Below, piece by piece: positions 1-12,700 of a stretch of 64,000 nt of DNA. The notes under the pieces were generated by a model that did no database searches, was not told the DNA's origin, and saw nothing but the letters and a program-made list of their open reading frames with translations. Within the stretch, counting starts at the first letter, position 1; the number at the start of each line of letters is the position of its first letter. The position numbers and the translations under genes are program-made. Source of the stretch: Eledone cirrhosa (taxonomy: Eukaryota); contig OZ024742.1 in the NCBI GenBank assembly GCA_964016885.1, positions 65,286,001 through 65,350,000 on the forward strand, written 5' to 3'.

Positions 1-122
1 TCTGGACTACGACCATGCTGGAGCATCACCTTGGTAAGTTATGGAGACATCAACAAACCAACAAGCATTGGTGGGAGGGCAAACACAAACGCAAAGACAC
101 ACACAGACATATATACAGATAT

Positions 123-237
123 ACGACGGGCTTCTTTTAGTTTCGATTTATCAAATCCACTCACAGGGCTTTGGTCGGCTTGGGCAGTGGGACTGAACCC
201 GGAAATATGTGGTTGGGAAACAAGCTTCTTGTCACAC

Positions 238-238
<1 letters not shown>
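123..238 (-). mobile_element. tRNA-derived SINE fragment (family C)
   Basis: ACGACGGGCTTCTTT..AAATCCACTCACAGGGCTTTGGTCGGC..GGGACTGAACCCGG (B-box on minus). Related pieces at ~4690-4830, 21886-22050, 46562-46672 and 54945-55060. Confidence 0.6.
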
Positions 239-301
<63 letters not shown>

Positions 302-306
<5 letters not shown>

Positions 307-339
307 ATTTCTAGAGAATGAAACAGTTCTAGTCCTGTA
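302..339 (+). ncRNA. 5'-truncated hammerhead ribozyme motif between (TA)n tracts
   Basis: (C)TGATGA-T-TTC-TAGA-GAA-T-GAAA-CAG-ttctagtc-CTG-TA. Stems II and III are intact; the 5' strand of stem I is replaced by the TA repeat. Confidence 0.55.
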
Positions 340-360
340 GAATCTCATCTATATTAAAAC

Positions 361-397
<37 letters not shown>

Positions 398-534
398 ATA
401 ATATATATATTATACACACACACATATATATAACCTTACACACTTAAATATAAATGCATGTATATATATACAAATGTATAAATGCATAGCTATATACATA
501 CGTAAATGTATGTATGTATATATGTATGTATGTT

Positions 535-800
535 GGTGCTACTGGTAACATGTATCCCAGTACAACCTGTCTCATGGTCGGGTCGTTGGCGACTAAACTG
601 GCAACCCCACCAAGGTTTCTTGGTGAGGAGGGTGACTTTGGACATCCTGCAGGACTAAAAACAAAACCTGTCAAAGGGCAAAGGAGCTCTTAAGCGTCAA
701 TGGCAATCCAAAATCACCGGGAGAGATGACCCCTTAGCCTTTGTCAAGGCAGAATTCTAGGAGAAGGAAAACTCTGATATAACACCTGCAGCCCTGATGG
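535..800 (+). mobile_element. RTE-type LINE 5'UTR fragment
   Basis: Contains CTAGGAGAAGGAAAACTCTGATATAACACCTG, a motif I recognise from RTE-clade 5'UTRs. A diverged relative may lie at ~22440-22550 on minus. Confidence 0.4.
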
Positions 801-978
801 TGTATCCAATGATGTTGACTTGTTCTTCTTTTTGGTAAATATCATCTTGGTTAAGAGAATGGGACTGGCTTTGTGCAGTGCCTTTGCTCACTATAAAAGC
901 TTCACGGCACAGGCATTGCTTTATATCTGGAGATCTCTCTGCAGTTGTCGTCACATGGTACCATGGGCCCAGCACTAT

Positions 979-1131
979 GTGTCAATAATTGTCACAAGTG
1001 TAGTGTTTGTACCAGAGTTTTCACGTCGCTGGCTGGACTAAAAAGTCACTCGTTCAGCGCATCGGTAAGGGTTCTCCTACATGGATTTAAAGTAGTGGCC
1101 GTACTCGAAAACGAGTTAGCAGCCACCATGT
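979..1131 (+). mobile_element. LINE 3' end fragment encoding a C-terminal zinc finger (RTE-like)
   Basis: Translates HKCSVCTRVFTSLAGLKSH (C-x2-C-x12-H), followed by a short UTR and a TA/TATG tail. Near-identical second copy at 21533-21687. Confidence 0.6.
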
Positions 1132-1163
1132 AGATTTATATATATATATGTATGTATGTAGAT

Positions 1164-1198
<35 letters not shown>

Positions 1199-1232
1199 TA
1201 TATATATACATATAAATCTACATTCATACATA

Positions 1233-1267
<35 letters not shown>

Positions 1268-1332
1268 AGATTTATATGTATATATATACACATATATATA
1301 TATATATATAAATATATGTATGTATGTAGATT

Positions 1333-1364
<32 letters not shown>

Positions 1365-1530
1365 TGTATGTATGTATGTATGTATGTATGTATGTATGTA
1401 TGTATGTATATTTATATATATATGTATGTAGATTTATATATATATATATAAATTTACATACATACATACATTTACGTATGTATATAGCTATGCATTTATA
1501 CATTTGTATATATATACATACATTTATATT
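1132..1530. repeat. (TA)n/(TATG)n compound microsatellite with recurring GTAGATTTATAT
   Basis: Direct inspection. Confidence 0.9.
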
Positions 1531-2012
1531 TAAGTGTGTAAGGATGTTGATACGATCTATGTCTCTTTTTTGGTAAGGAGAACATTTTCGTCGCCAGATT
1601 TTATTACCTAGGGAGTTTAAATACCACACTTCGGGTTGAAAACTGACCAGGTTCTCAACTTCATCAAACACTAACGCCGGCCTGTGTGTGTATATATATA
1701 TATGTGTGTGTGTGTATGTATGCGTATATATGTGTGTGTGTATGTCCACCACCATTGCTTCTTCTTGTCATTTCTGTTGAAGTAGTCCTTACTTTCACTC
1801 ACTTTGATTTCTTTTGATTTTCTTTTATCTCCCTAGGGAATTAATTTATTTTCTTTGTTTTCTTTATTCAAATCACTGACTGTCTAAGAGACGTACAAAT
1901 ATGGCTTATAAAGCTTACCAAACTAAAAGGGCTTCTAGCGCCCTCAAAGTTTCAAACGCCCCCCCCCCCCCCCCCCCCCCCCCCCCGTTGAGAACCTTTA
2001 CTCTAGTCTAAA

Positions 2013-2283
2013 GCCTGTCTTAAGCTATTAAAGACTCGGAAGGACGGTGCTTATCCCGGTTTCATTGCGTGAAGCAACTGAGATTACAAGACATCCCCTT
2101 GGACATGACGCCAGTCCATCGCAGGGTTCCCCCCCCCCCATCTATTGCTGATACTCATTTTCAGCTGAGTATACTGGAACAAAATGTTTTGCTCAAGAAA
2201 ACAACATGCAACCCAGCCTGGGAATCAAACCCACGACATTATGATCGTAAGTTCAACACCCTTACCATTAGGCCACGCGTCTC
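2013..2283 (-). mobile_element. tRNA-derived SINE (family B, V/CORE-like body)
   Basis: Reverse complement of 8883-9137. A-box GTGGCCTAATGG, B-box GGTTTGATTCC, and CCCTGCGATGGACTGGCGTC motif. Confidence 0.75.
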
Positions 2284-3800
2284 TACATAGTTACTCTGCA
2301 CCTGGCAAAAATCCTCGCTGTCCTAATTGCTACTATTGAAACGCTCACAAAGTTATGAATATTTAAAAGGAAATAATCCAAGAAGACCTCATATAGTTCT
2401 GTTTATTTGAATATTATATCCCGTGATTGTTTATCCACCTAGCGACACCCATGTGACCATTAATGTTTTATGTGGAGGATATAAAAATCTATACTAGAAA
2501 TGTTTACAATTCTGAGAAACGGCTGGAGTTTATAATAATGTTTTCAGCTGATATAAAGGAATTAGTCCAAAAGAAATATTTACATTTGATTGTTGTACAT
2601 GAAAAAATGTTTTCCAGGTTGAAAACCTTTACATCTCCCCCTTTTCACATAAATTGTGCTACAAATAGTTATGTATTGACAACAGTGTATCATATAATGG
2701 TGCTGTGAATAAAGAAATAGAAAGTGTGACAAAAGAATATAGCAAACTTTAAAAAATATTGCAGTGGAAAGTTTTCTTTTATAACCAAGTGATATTTCAC
2801 AATACATTTGCAGTACCAGTAGTGATATTAACACTCGGAATACTTGACTGGTCAATATAGGGTTCCATAGATTAAAACGAACGAGATTTTGATATCAACT
2901 AGAGGCTTCCACAAAAAACAATGATATTCACAGGCTTTATTTCCAAAGAAATAATAAAGGGAAGTACCATGAAAAAAGGTGTCACAAAATGGGGACAAAT
3001 GAGGCAAAATGGGAAGATTTTACATAATGAAAGCTATACCCATTTTCACAAAAGAAGACATCTCTCACCCACCCCAGAGTGGGTGGGAGATCTCCCCGTC
3101 GGACGGGGAGAGTTGACAGGCCTGCAATGCAAGCAGCCTTTGAGAATCGTATAGTATCATATAGACAGCATATTTAAACAATGGCAACAAATAAGGACAC
3201 CAACCAAGTGTTTAAAAATATAGGGAACAATATATTATGAGTCGGTAATGATTTCCACAAAATATATCTACTTCCAAATCACCTTCAATGTGACCCTAGA
3301 ATTCTGGATTAGTGTACCTTATAAAAGACTTGGAAATGAAACACTCTGCTTACATGGGTGTGTAATGGTATGCAAATATATGGTTTCCGTGAACTTCAGG
3401 ACAATACTAACATTAACAGAGAGTAGGAGATAACTACAAAATACATAATGAACAAAGGAGTCAGTGAAGCCCTTTGACACCCCCAAGATGCGACCGGAAA
3501 TGTCGATTTTGTCTCATTGTAGTGGAGATACTATATATGTGATCAGCAGCTGTCTCCAAACATCATTAGCACGCTATCATCCAATGTCGGCATGATGATG
3601 ATGTTAAAATAATACACAATGACAGCCTGCTATAAATGTAGAAAATACTTGTTGTTGAATATATTCATACACACATAAGCATGGAACAGGAAAAAAAGTA
3701 AAACGTGTGTGTGTGTGTGTGTGTGTATGTATGTGTATGTGTGTGTGTGTGCATACATACCAACAAACAATACTACGGCTACCTCAATTATATAAGCCTT

Positions 3801-3982
3801 AATAATTGTTTCTACTTTTGGCACAAGGCCCACAATTATTCCAGTGTATTACTGGTACTTTACTTTATCGACCCCGTAAGGATGAAAGGCAAAGTTAACC
3901 TCGGCGGGATTTGAACTCAGTCCGTAAAGGGTCGTAACTGTGCTGCAAAGCATGGCGTCCGACCCTCTACCGATACTGCCAA
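3801..3982 (-). mobile_element. tRNA-derived SINE family A (young copy)
   Basis: Matches the consensus TTGGCAGTATCGGTAGAGGGTCGGACGCCATGC...GAGTTCAAATCCCGCCGAGGTTAACTTTGCCTTTCATCC...AGTAGAAACAATTATT, which recurs more than 12 times in the window. Confidence 0.9.
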
Positions 3983-4830
3983 CTTAATAATGTGGGAGAC
4001 CACGTTACTCCAGGACAAACTATGTACAATCTTAGATGGCAACAACCGAGCTGATATGAATACAACTTTCAAATCTGGGAAACAATAGTGCACATTGTGT
4101 AATATACCAAAAGAGATACTAATGTACCGAACAAGAAGAGTGATAACGAATTAACAGTTTAAAAAAAATGCTGCTTCAAATAATTGAGGTTTGAAACAGC
4201 TAACTCATGTTATTATGGTGCTTGAATGAAGAATTCCTAGATGGCATTTCCAAATAAGGAGGAATTGAGAGGACATGAGATGGCAAGTGGAGGAATATGA
4301 CCTGGATCTCTGAGAACCACTCATCCACAGAGGCGATGACAGACACACCGCATATCCTGTGCTCTCAATAAGTGTACTAAATTCATCAGCTGTATTGGCG
4401 CCACTGTCTGTCATCAGGGTCATGACCGTGTGTTTAGAATGACACTCACGGTAGATCGGTTTTCAGATAATGACTTGGCTAGCAGGAAACTGTGTGTGTC
4501 TCAGACGGTGGTGATGGATTCTCCGTCGATTTCAACAACGAGCTCGCAGTTGTTTAAGCATTTGGATATCCAACTCATGAATGAATGTGTAAATATGAGT
4601 ATTCAAGAGACACGTATCCCCTTAACGTAATTCCCAAACCGTAATAGCATGACGCAATATGTAACACGGCTTGACTTCGCCTTACAGGTACACTCCATCT
4701 GACGCTCTTCCAAACAATTTAAGTCTACCCAATTCCACCCACAAAGCACGGGTCAAAGCCATGGCAAAAGATACTTATCCAAATTACCAGGAGTGCGATG
4801 GAACCTCCTCACCATTTAACCATGCTGCGT

Positions 4831-4889
<59 letters not shown>

Positions 4890-5572
4890 TAGACATAAAG
4901 GTATATATATATGAATGAACAAAAGAGGTGTGGATGTTGTGCTGGGATATGAAGTAGATATAGAAAGCCTAACTAAGGAATCGAACCGAATCTCAAATTT
5001 TTCAAGTCTTACGACTTTTGTAACTATATATATTATGTATCGTTATCATCTATTAAAATAGAAACACACACACACACAGTACCGGATTTACCATTGTGCT
5101 TAGGTATGCTTAAGCACAGCCCCCAACCCCGTTGGCTAGGGATGGGACATCTTCCTGCGAAAAAAAAAAAAAAAAAAAAAAATTATAATTACCGGGCCTA
5201 ACTCATTCAGGGCCCAAGTAAGGTGATTCTATTCTGTCTGTGGGGCGGACAGCACGTAGGACCCCATTTGCTAATAATAGTGAGAGATGGAGAGGGCGAG
5301 AGAAATAGAGGCGATGACTGGGAATTCGGCTCCTCTGTATTCAGACCTGGTGTACGTATGTGTGTATGTTTACTTCTATCCATTCGATATGACAGTATCT
5401 ACGCTCCCTACTTTATTCCGTTAGTTCATCAAGGACTTCTATCGCGGACCTGCCACTGTTGACGTAATTATCTGTTTTATATAGCAGATAACACTACAAC
5501 AATAACAGCACCAACATCTACAGCAACAACAATAACAACACCAACAACTACAGCAATAACAACTACAACTTT

Positions 5573-5758
5573 AATAATTGTTTCTACTTTAGTCACAAGG
5601 CCAGCAATTACCCAGTGCATTACTGGTACTTTATTTTATCGACCCCGTAAGGATGAAAGGCAAAGTCAACCTCGGCGGGATTTGAACTCAGATCGTAAAG
5701 GGACGTAACTATGCTGGAAAGCATGGCGTCCGACCCTCTACCGATACTGCCAATCCAC
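5573..5758 (-). mobile_element. tRNA-derived SINE family A (young copy)
   Basis: Almost identical to 14685-14873. Confidence 0.9.
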
Positions 5759-6067
5759 ACTTTAATAATAACAACGTGTGTGTTTGTGTAGATTCCAAAA
5801 TATAGTTGTCTCCCTTGATGTATGATGCTAATAACACTTCTTTTTAACTTTCTTTTTGTAAGATTGGTGGACAAATATAAAAGTTAAAACTTTACTCAAC
5901 AAGTGATTCTTTAGTTACAATAATAACGATTTCTACTATAGGTAAATAATGATTTCTGTTACAATAATAACAAAAATAAATCAAAATACTTTTCTATCAT
6001 TCTATCATTCATAAAGAAAGTTCCTCGTGTATTTTTACAGATTTAGTACCTAAACACAGAAATTATA

Positions 6068-6108
<41 letters not shown>

Positions 6109-6109
<1 letters not shown>

Positions 6110-6211
6110 TAGGTGTCCCAAAAATATGTATATACACACTGTGATTACCCGTACAGGCAATATTTATTAGGATGTTGAAGTATGTATACATTTTGGGGGG
6201 GGGACACTTTG
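6109..6211. mobile_element. ~100-bp Tc1/mariner-type MITE
   Basis: Decayed TIRs (C..GGTGTCCC / GGGACAC..TG) within TA. Inverted homologue of 12525-12617. Confidence 0.7.
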
Positions 6212-6833
6212 ATATATATATATATATGTATATATGTGTGTGTGTGTGTATTTGTGCGTGTGTGCGCGCGTGAATATGTTTGTCCTTGTAACTGAGCAGT
6301 TCGACAAAAGGAGTTCGATAAAGTAAACACCAGATTTGAAAAATAAGTACTCGAGTGCATGACAAAGTAAATCAAGTCGGTGCGGTAGCATGGCCGCAGT
6401 TTACTGACTGAAACAAGTAAAAGAGGATACACAGGTAAAGCATTAGTTTCTTTCTGGCATGATCTATTTTAATTACACATCTATTTCGATACACACAGAC
6501 TGCAAAACTTCATTTCTATCGATAAATGACAGCCAATGAGTTGTGATTATTCGGACAGTTATACACACAAAAAAAGAACCAAAAAATCTCTTATCATTCA
6601 AACAATCCCTCCGTGTCTAAATTTGTGTAAGCAAAATTTAAGGTCTACTAATTAATCACAAACATGTGATAATTATATAGATTACACAGTTGTTTACATT
6701 TAATTCTTCTGACATCAGAACATTTTTTCTATCATTCAGATGTGTGTGTGTGTGTGTGTGGTGTTTAGTATCTAAAACATTTAATTTTGCTGACATCAGA
6801 AATATTTTTCTATCATTCAGATCTTTCTGTAAA

Positions 6834-6899
<66 letters not shown>

Positions 6900-7458
6900 T
6901 AGTGACTAAAACTTACGGTGTAATTATTTTAATTTAATCACCCCTCACACACATACACAGTTTCTTCATCATTTAGGTGGTGGGTCCCATATACAATTTA
7001 CAAGTTTAGTAAGCAAAACTAAACGACTATCAGTTAATTACAGGTAAGACCTATGTATTATATTTCAATTTAATCACACACATACATACACTATTTTCCT
7101 ATCATATACGAGCATAATAGACAGAAACAAATCCGTATATTACAAATGTGTAATATACGGAAAGCAAAACTTAAACAATAGTTAAGCCACCTACCCAACA
7201 ACGGAAATGTCTATACTTACCCAGGTTTTTCTAAAACAACAACCATAGTGTCGGGCCATCTTTAGTTTTTTGTAGCTAGATTATTATTATTTTGTTCTTA
7301 TTGAAATGGGTTCAGTCTTTTTACATCCTATTGGACGTTTCACCATCAACATCATCATAAAACAGCTATAGAGGATGGTCCAGCTTTTGCGGAGTACCTT
7401 GATGCAGTGAGAGGCTGGTACTTAATTTGGACGAACGAATAATGTTTGTTATAGCATG

Positions 7459-7490
<32 letters not shown>

Positions 7491-7954
7491 TGTATGTATG
7501 TATGTATGTATGTATGTATGTGTATGTACGTATGTATGTATGTACGTATGTGTATGTATGAATGTGTGTGTGTGTTAATGTTTGTGGATAGATATATAGG
7601 TATCTGTATATGCACGTATGTGTATGTGTGTATTCAGTTATACACTTAAATATATGCCTGTTTTAGTTCTTCGGTAATGTAAATGTAATGTAATATTGCA
7701 ACCTTTTCGCCCTTGTGTCAAATTCTATAAACCATTATAAGAATCCAGGTATCCAGTGAACAAATGTTATCAAAATACTCCTAATTTCACATCGCTATAC
7801 AATTTGATATTGTTGATGATGATGAAACTAATAATAATAATTATTATTATTTTATTTTTCCTCGTGAAGAAAGTTTCTCCGAGTGTAAAAAATATCCAGT
7901 TAAAACAATCCACTCTAACAGAACTGAGACAGAATGAAAGTTTTTCTTCTGGTT

Positions 7955-7989
<35 letters not shown>

Positions 7990-8247
7990 ATGTGTGTATT
8001 TCTATATGCATAGACACACCACTAACGAAGGTCGTTCTCTCTTGTTGCTTATCTTTCGTGTTTTGCTTTCAAATAAATGTGTCGTTGTTAATTAGCCGCA
8101 AGTTCCAGCTGTGACCACACCAACTTTATCGTATACGTAGAAAAATATTGCCTAGCGTGATGATTTTGGGACTTGATTTGAGGGACATCGTATTGGTGTC
8201 TCTAGCAGGCCGAGAGACCACGTAGTGGCTCTTACTCGTTGGCTTGT

Positions 8248-8360
8248 AAATAATTGTTTCTACTTTTTGCACAAGGCCAGCAATTTACCAGTGTATTACT
8301 GGTACTTTATTTTATCGACCCCATAAGGATGAAAGGCAAAGTTAACCTCAGCGGGATTTG
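8248..8360 (-). mobile_element. SINE family A, 3' half
   Basis: AATAATTGTTTCTACTTT...GGATGAAAGGCAAAGTTAACCTCAGCGGGATTTG. Confidence 0.85.
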
Positions 8361-8837
8361 TGTAAATAATAATAGTAATTTATATACATATTTACAAATG
8401 AATATTTGCTGTATTCTATCCGCCTGTTCGCTGTAGGATGAGAAGTTTCTTCAGTTATCTTCCTTCACACCCTCCCAGCCTATTCATTATTCCGTTCTTT
8501 CCATCTCTTCGTGTGCGCGCACACACACATACACCCACACCTACACTTAATATTTACAACCCCCTTAAAGACTTATCTTATTTTCTCTGACACTTTTACT
8601 TCAACTTTGAAGGGAGAGAGAGGAGAGAGAAAATCGCGGTCCCTTCAATAATACCAACTGTATGTAATATCTTTCATTAGCAACAACGATAAGTTTAAGA
8701 CTTAACGTGAAAGTACAAACATATTCTACCCATCCTCAGCTTTATATATAGCGTGTCCTCCCAAAAATGTATACACACCTCAACAGCATTCTAATGAAAG
8801 TGTGTATACGTTTTTTTAGGATACCCTTCATAGTTAA

Positions 8838-8874
<37 letters not shown>

Positions 8875-8882
8875 GAGAGAGA

Positions 8883-9137
8883 GGCACGTGGCCTAGCGGT
8901 AAGGGTGTTGGACTTACGATTAAAATGACGTTGGTTCGATTCCTGGGTTGCACAAAACACTTCATTTCACGTTGCTCCAGTATACTCAGCTGAAAATGAG
9001 TACCAGCAACAGCTGGGGGTTTAACCCTGCGATGGACTGGCGTCTTGTCCAGGGGGGCGTCTTGTACTCTGAGTCGTTTCACGCCATGAAACCGGGATAA
9101 GCACCGGACAAATGAGCCTTCTGGCTTAAGACAGACT
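8883..9137 (+). mobile_element. tRNA-derived SINE (family B)
   Basis: GGCACGTGGCCTAGCGGTAAGG (A-box), GGTTCGATTCC (B-box), then TACTCAGCTGAAAATGAGTACC and AACCCTGCGATGGACTGGCGTCTTGTCCAGGG. Confidence 0.8.
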
Positions 9138-9143
9138 TTAGAC

Positions 9144-9174
<31 letters not shown>

Positions 9175-9286
9175 TTGTTGATTGAAAATCTGCCGACTTT
9201 TTCTTAACAGATGTAAAGCACTCCACGATTTTTGTTCATCCGGAGTTTTATTATAATAAATAATAAACAAGAAAGACGTTTGGATT

Positions 9287-9358
9287 TTTTGTCTAAAGAG
9301 AACACGCAGGGCAGTTGTTATACAACTGCCTTACGTCTTTGAAATATGTATAACAAAA
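9287..9358 (+). ncRNA. Type I hammerhead motif (one core mutation) with long stem II
   Basis: TTTTGT-CTAAAGA-GAAC-ACGCAGGGCAGTTGT-TAT-ACAACTGCCTTACGT-CTTT-GAAA-TATGTA-TA-ACAAAA. Homologue with an intact core at 30148-30218 (-). Confidence 0.7.
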
Positions 9359-9395
9359 TAAATTGGGATGTACAAATGAAACCGTCTTTCTTGTT

Positions 9396-9461
<66 letters not shown>

Positions 9462-9903
9462 AAGTGTGTGTGTAGATGTATATATGTTGATCAATGAAAG
9501 CAAAAGGCGGAGTTCAGTGCTTCATTTGTTCATTGCTTTACGATCGTTCCAGAAGGTTGATAGATCAAGATAAATCGATATAGTAACTAATCGATAGTAG
9601 TTATACAACTCCATATTATTCTCGATACTATAGATCCATCTCACCGTCTTCGTCAGAAATATGAGATGAGTGCATCAAATGACCATAATAATACCCATTA
9701 TAATAGTCGATCACTATAAATAATAGTTGATGTGCAAGTTTCGATTTCTCGCAGGCATCTCTGTCAACACTTTTCTGTCCCCAGAGGTATTTTACTCGAG
9801 TTCTTAAATATTTATAGTGATCGGCTATAATTATGGTCATTTGCGTTGGGGAGCACAAATTTCAAATTTCATCAATACTTCTCAAGTCAACCGTTTTATC
9901 TAA

Positions 9904-10797
9904 TCTATATATATAAAACTGTGGTTGTCTGTCTGTCTATCGATTTTTGGCACACATCTCCTCTTAGAATCTCTCACGGAATTGCACCGAAATTGCTATA
10001 CTTGTACATTGAGCCCTAGCGAAGACATCGGAAAAAAAAAAATTTCAAATTGACCCACCCTATGTGACGAAATCGAATATAATGTATCGATTTTTGAGCG
10101 TAAGTGATCAGTTATTTCCCTTTGTTCTGTTTACATTGAGCGTCTGCGTGCAAAAATTAAAAAAATTACGCTGGCTTTCTCAGCGTTTAAAATGACATTA
10201 ACACAATACACGATTTAAAGACTACGTAAAACAAGCCTTTTAAAACAATATTTTTACTTGAAAACAAGTCTATTTAAAAACTACTTAAAACAAGCAAATA
10301 TTTCGTAAAAAAAAGCAAAAATTATATAAGTTTATATAAAATATATGTATCTGTAAATTTCGTTAGGCGTGCAGACAGACAGTCGTGCAGAGAGGTGATA
10401 TAGGCGTGCAGACAGACAGTCGTGCAGAGAGGTGATATAGGCGTGCAGACAGACAGTCGTGCAGAGAGGTGATATAGGCGTGCAGACAGACATAACTGAT
10501 AATTTGGTTACGCTAATGTTTTTCTCTGCGTTGCAGTGTTTACATTTTCGATCTTTGTTAATAAATAACCAGTGCAATTTCTATCCCCAGCATCCTCTTT
10601 TGTTATAACATTCGGGTTATCGTTATGTTTTCTTAACTTCATAAGGCATATTGTTGGTTGAGGGAATATTAATCAAAAACACCACATGCAAGTCTGCACA
10701 GTAGACACTACAGTTTTTAAGCCAAGAAAGAAACTTAACATTGTAACTTTAACACAGCTACTGAGCGACCCCGAGCAACGCCGGGCTTTACTGCTAG
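9904..10797 (+). mobile_element. Non-autonomous Helitron
   Basis: 5' A|TCTATATATATAAAA start, subterminal hairpin CCCGAGCAACGCCGGG, 3' CTAG|T end, no TSD. Confidence 0.8.
10364..10491. repeat. 37-bp minisatellite (~3.5 copies) inside the Helitron
   Basis: TAGGCGTGCAGACAGACAGTCGTGCAGAGAGGTGATA at 10364, 10401 and 10438, with a partial copy at 10475. Confidence 0.95.
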
Positions 10798-10805
10798 TAT
10801 ATATA

Positions 10806-10944
10806 TAAAAGGTAAACAGAAATAATAAAAATGACAAAACAAACTGCACAGTACATGGAAGAATGGAAGAAATATATTAGTTTAACGCTTGGAATAGCAG
10901 GAAGAGAGTCTTAACGTTTCGGACGGTAGTCCTTTATCAAAGGA
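10806..10944 (-). mobile_element. PLE-like 3' terminal segment with degenerate hammerhead (10909-10944)
   Basis: Minus strand: TCCT-TTGATAA-A-GGAC-TACC-GTCC-GAAA-CG-TT-AAGA, then a tail ending TTTCTGTTTACCTTTTA at TA. Homologous to 30516-30632 and 37524-37612. Confidence 0.6.
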
Positions 10945-11564
10945 TGGAGTTAGAAATAGAAGATAGATAGAAATTAAAGAGTGATGAGAGGAAGGAACGG
11001 GGAAAGTTAGAAAAAAAACAAAAACATGCGTATTCAGTCAGCCATCTCTACATAGACGGCATGTGTGGACCAAAATAAGCTGGTCATTTCTTTGTAGCAT
11101 GAATAGTACCTGGCTCAACGGGAAGAAGCAATATTATTGGAAGGTGCTGGAAGCTCTGTAATCTTTCCGTTGGCAGGTGACGAAGGGATGTGTTCCAGAG
11201 TGCTGGCAGGATATAAAGTGCAGCAGAGGAGCGTAATAATTGTTTATGATTCCACAATCAGAGTAAGAGAGAACCAGAATCAAAGTAAGGTACTCAATAC
11301 ATCCAGTATCTTAACTTATTGCAAAGTAACTAGTTCGATTTCCTCCGTGAAGAATTCGAATTCAAATATAAATATTTGTAAATTACAAGAGTTTTTTACC
11401 CTACGGTTAAGGTTTTACTGTTTCGATAACTATCGAAACGGTAAAAGCTTTACCGTAGGGCAGAAAATCCCTATAATTCTTACACTATTTTACCTATGTA
11501 TAGAGTATTAAGTTGAATAATGGTCTCGCTGGTCTTAACGACTAACATCGCGCGCGCGCACACA

Positions 11565-11623
<59 letters not shown>

Positions 11624-11885
11624 CAGCTCACATCTAAACAGTTTTCAGTCTTTCATTGTTGAGGATCCTACCCTGTCTCAAAAGCCAACGCGAAATGAAA
11701 CGTTTTGCTCAAGAATACAACGCACTGTTCCAACCAGGAAGTTATGTTTTTGAGTCTAACAATGACCATGTGTGTGTGTGCATAAAAGGGTGTGGCCTAG
11801 TAGTTAGTCATAAGGTCTCAGTTTCGATTTACACACACACACACACACACATATATATGCAGAGGTTATATTTAATTTGTTGGGA

Positions 11886-11945
11886 TTTATCTGATGAAAG
11901 CGTACCATAATTTGCATTGGTGGCCCTTGAAATATGTATAATAAA
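11886..11945 (+). ncRNA. Type I hammerhead ribozyme motif, intact core
   Basis: TTTAT-CTGATGA-AAG..TACCA/TGGTG..CTT-GAAA-TATGTA-TA-ATAAA. 5-bp stem I, near-palindromic stem III, AUA cleavage triplet. Confidence 0.7.
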
Positions 11946-12023
11946 ATAAATATGGTTTTATAAATATAGTTTCCATTTATTAATATATTGTATATATAAA
12001 AGGTAGTTAAGACGGGATTAAAT

Positions 12024-12076
12024 CACCATAATTGTTTATTTCTGTTACATGGTTATTCATGTGACTTCGTCAGATG
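12024..12076 (-). ncRNA. Degenerate hammerhead motif
   Basis: Minus strand: CAT-CTGACGA-A-GTCACATG-AATAAC-CATGTAAC-A-GAAA-TAA-ACAA-TTA-T-G-GTG. Core and stems II/III are good, but position 17 is G (non-permissive). Confidence 0.5.
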
Positions 12077-12126
12077 CGTATGCAATCATTGGTGCAGTTA
12101 GGCAATCATTGTGATATGCCGGTGGC

Positions 12127-12402
12127 CAAGGGCCTTGTTTCAGGGGGGTACCGGGGGACAAATCCCCCCCCCCCCACTTTTTCAAACGTCTATGTTTTAT
12201 TTTTTGTTTATTTGATATAATAAATTCTTTTTAAGCTTATTTTTTTTATATCCGAACATTTGAATATATTAAATTTAATTACCGTAAAATTTTACTTATG
12301 TGGTAGGATCCCTAAAAGGCACCATAAGCAATTTATGCTCCTTTAAGAATCAACAAATATTGGTTTGTCCCCCTCACATTTTAAAGGCAAACGAGGCCCC
12401 TG
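12127..12402. mobile_element. hAT-type MITE with 8-bp TSD
   Basis: TIRs CAAGGGCCTTGTTT / AAACGAGGCCCCTG (12/14 match), flanked by CCGGTGGC (12119-12126) and CCGGTAGC (12403-12410). Confidence 0.8.
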
Positions 12403-12524
12403 CCGGTAGCCATGCACATCCATCCCGTGGTGGGGTAGTTCAGCATATGGATTTTCGCTATGTTAAATTTTAGTAGTTTAAGTATTAATTTTCGGATTGG
12501 TTATTCAAGTCTTTAAGAATTATA

Positions 12525-12614
12525 CAGGGTCTCCCCAAAATGTATACACTTCAACATTCTAATAAATATTACCCGTGCAGGTAATCAAAGTGTACATATA
12601 TTGTTTGGGACACC

Positions 12615-12617
<3 letters not shown>
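12525..12617. mobile_element. ~93-bp Tc1/mariner-type MITE
   Basis: TA|CAGGGTCTCCC...GGGACACCCTG|TA. Other copies at 6109, ~8745-8830, 34974-35051 and ~35100-35158. Confidence 0.8.

Positions 12618-12700
<83 letters not shown>

Noticed and set aside
4200-4620. Possible decayed Tc1/mariner or Merlin-like transposase on minus (VVEIDGES, NRSTVSVILN, TLMTDSG)
   Set aside because: Motif hints conflict with each other and are interrupted by stops; not supportable without a search.
5078-5260. CAGTACCGGATTT start resembling a hAT MITE terminus
   Set aside because: No matching right TIR or TSD located.
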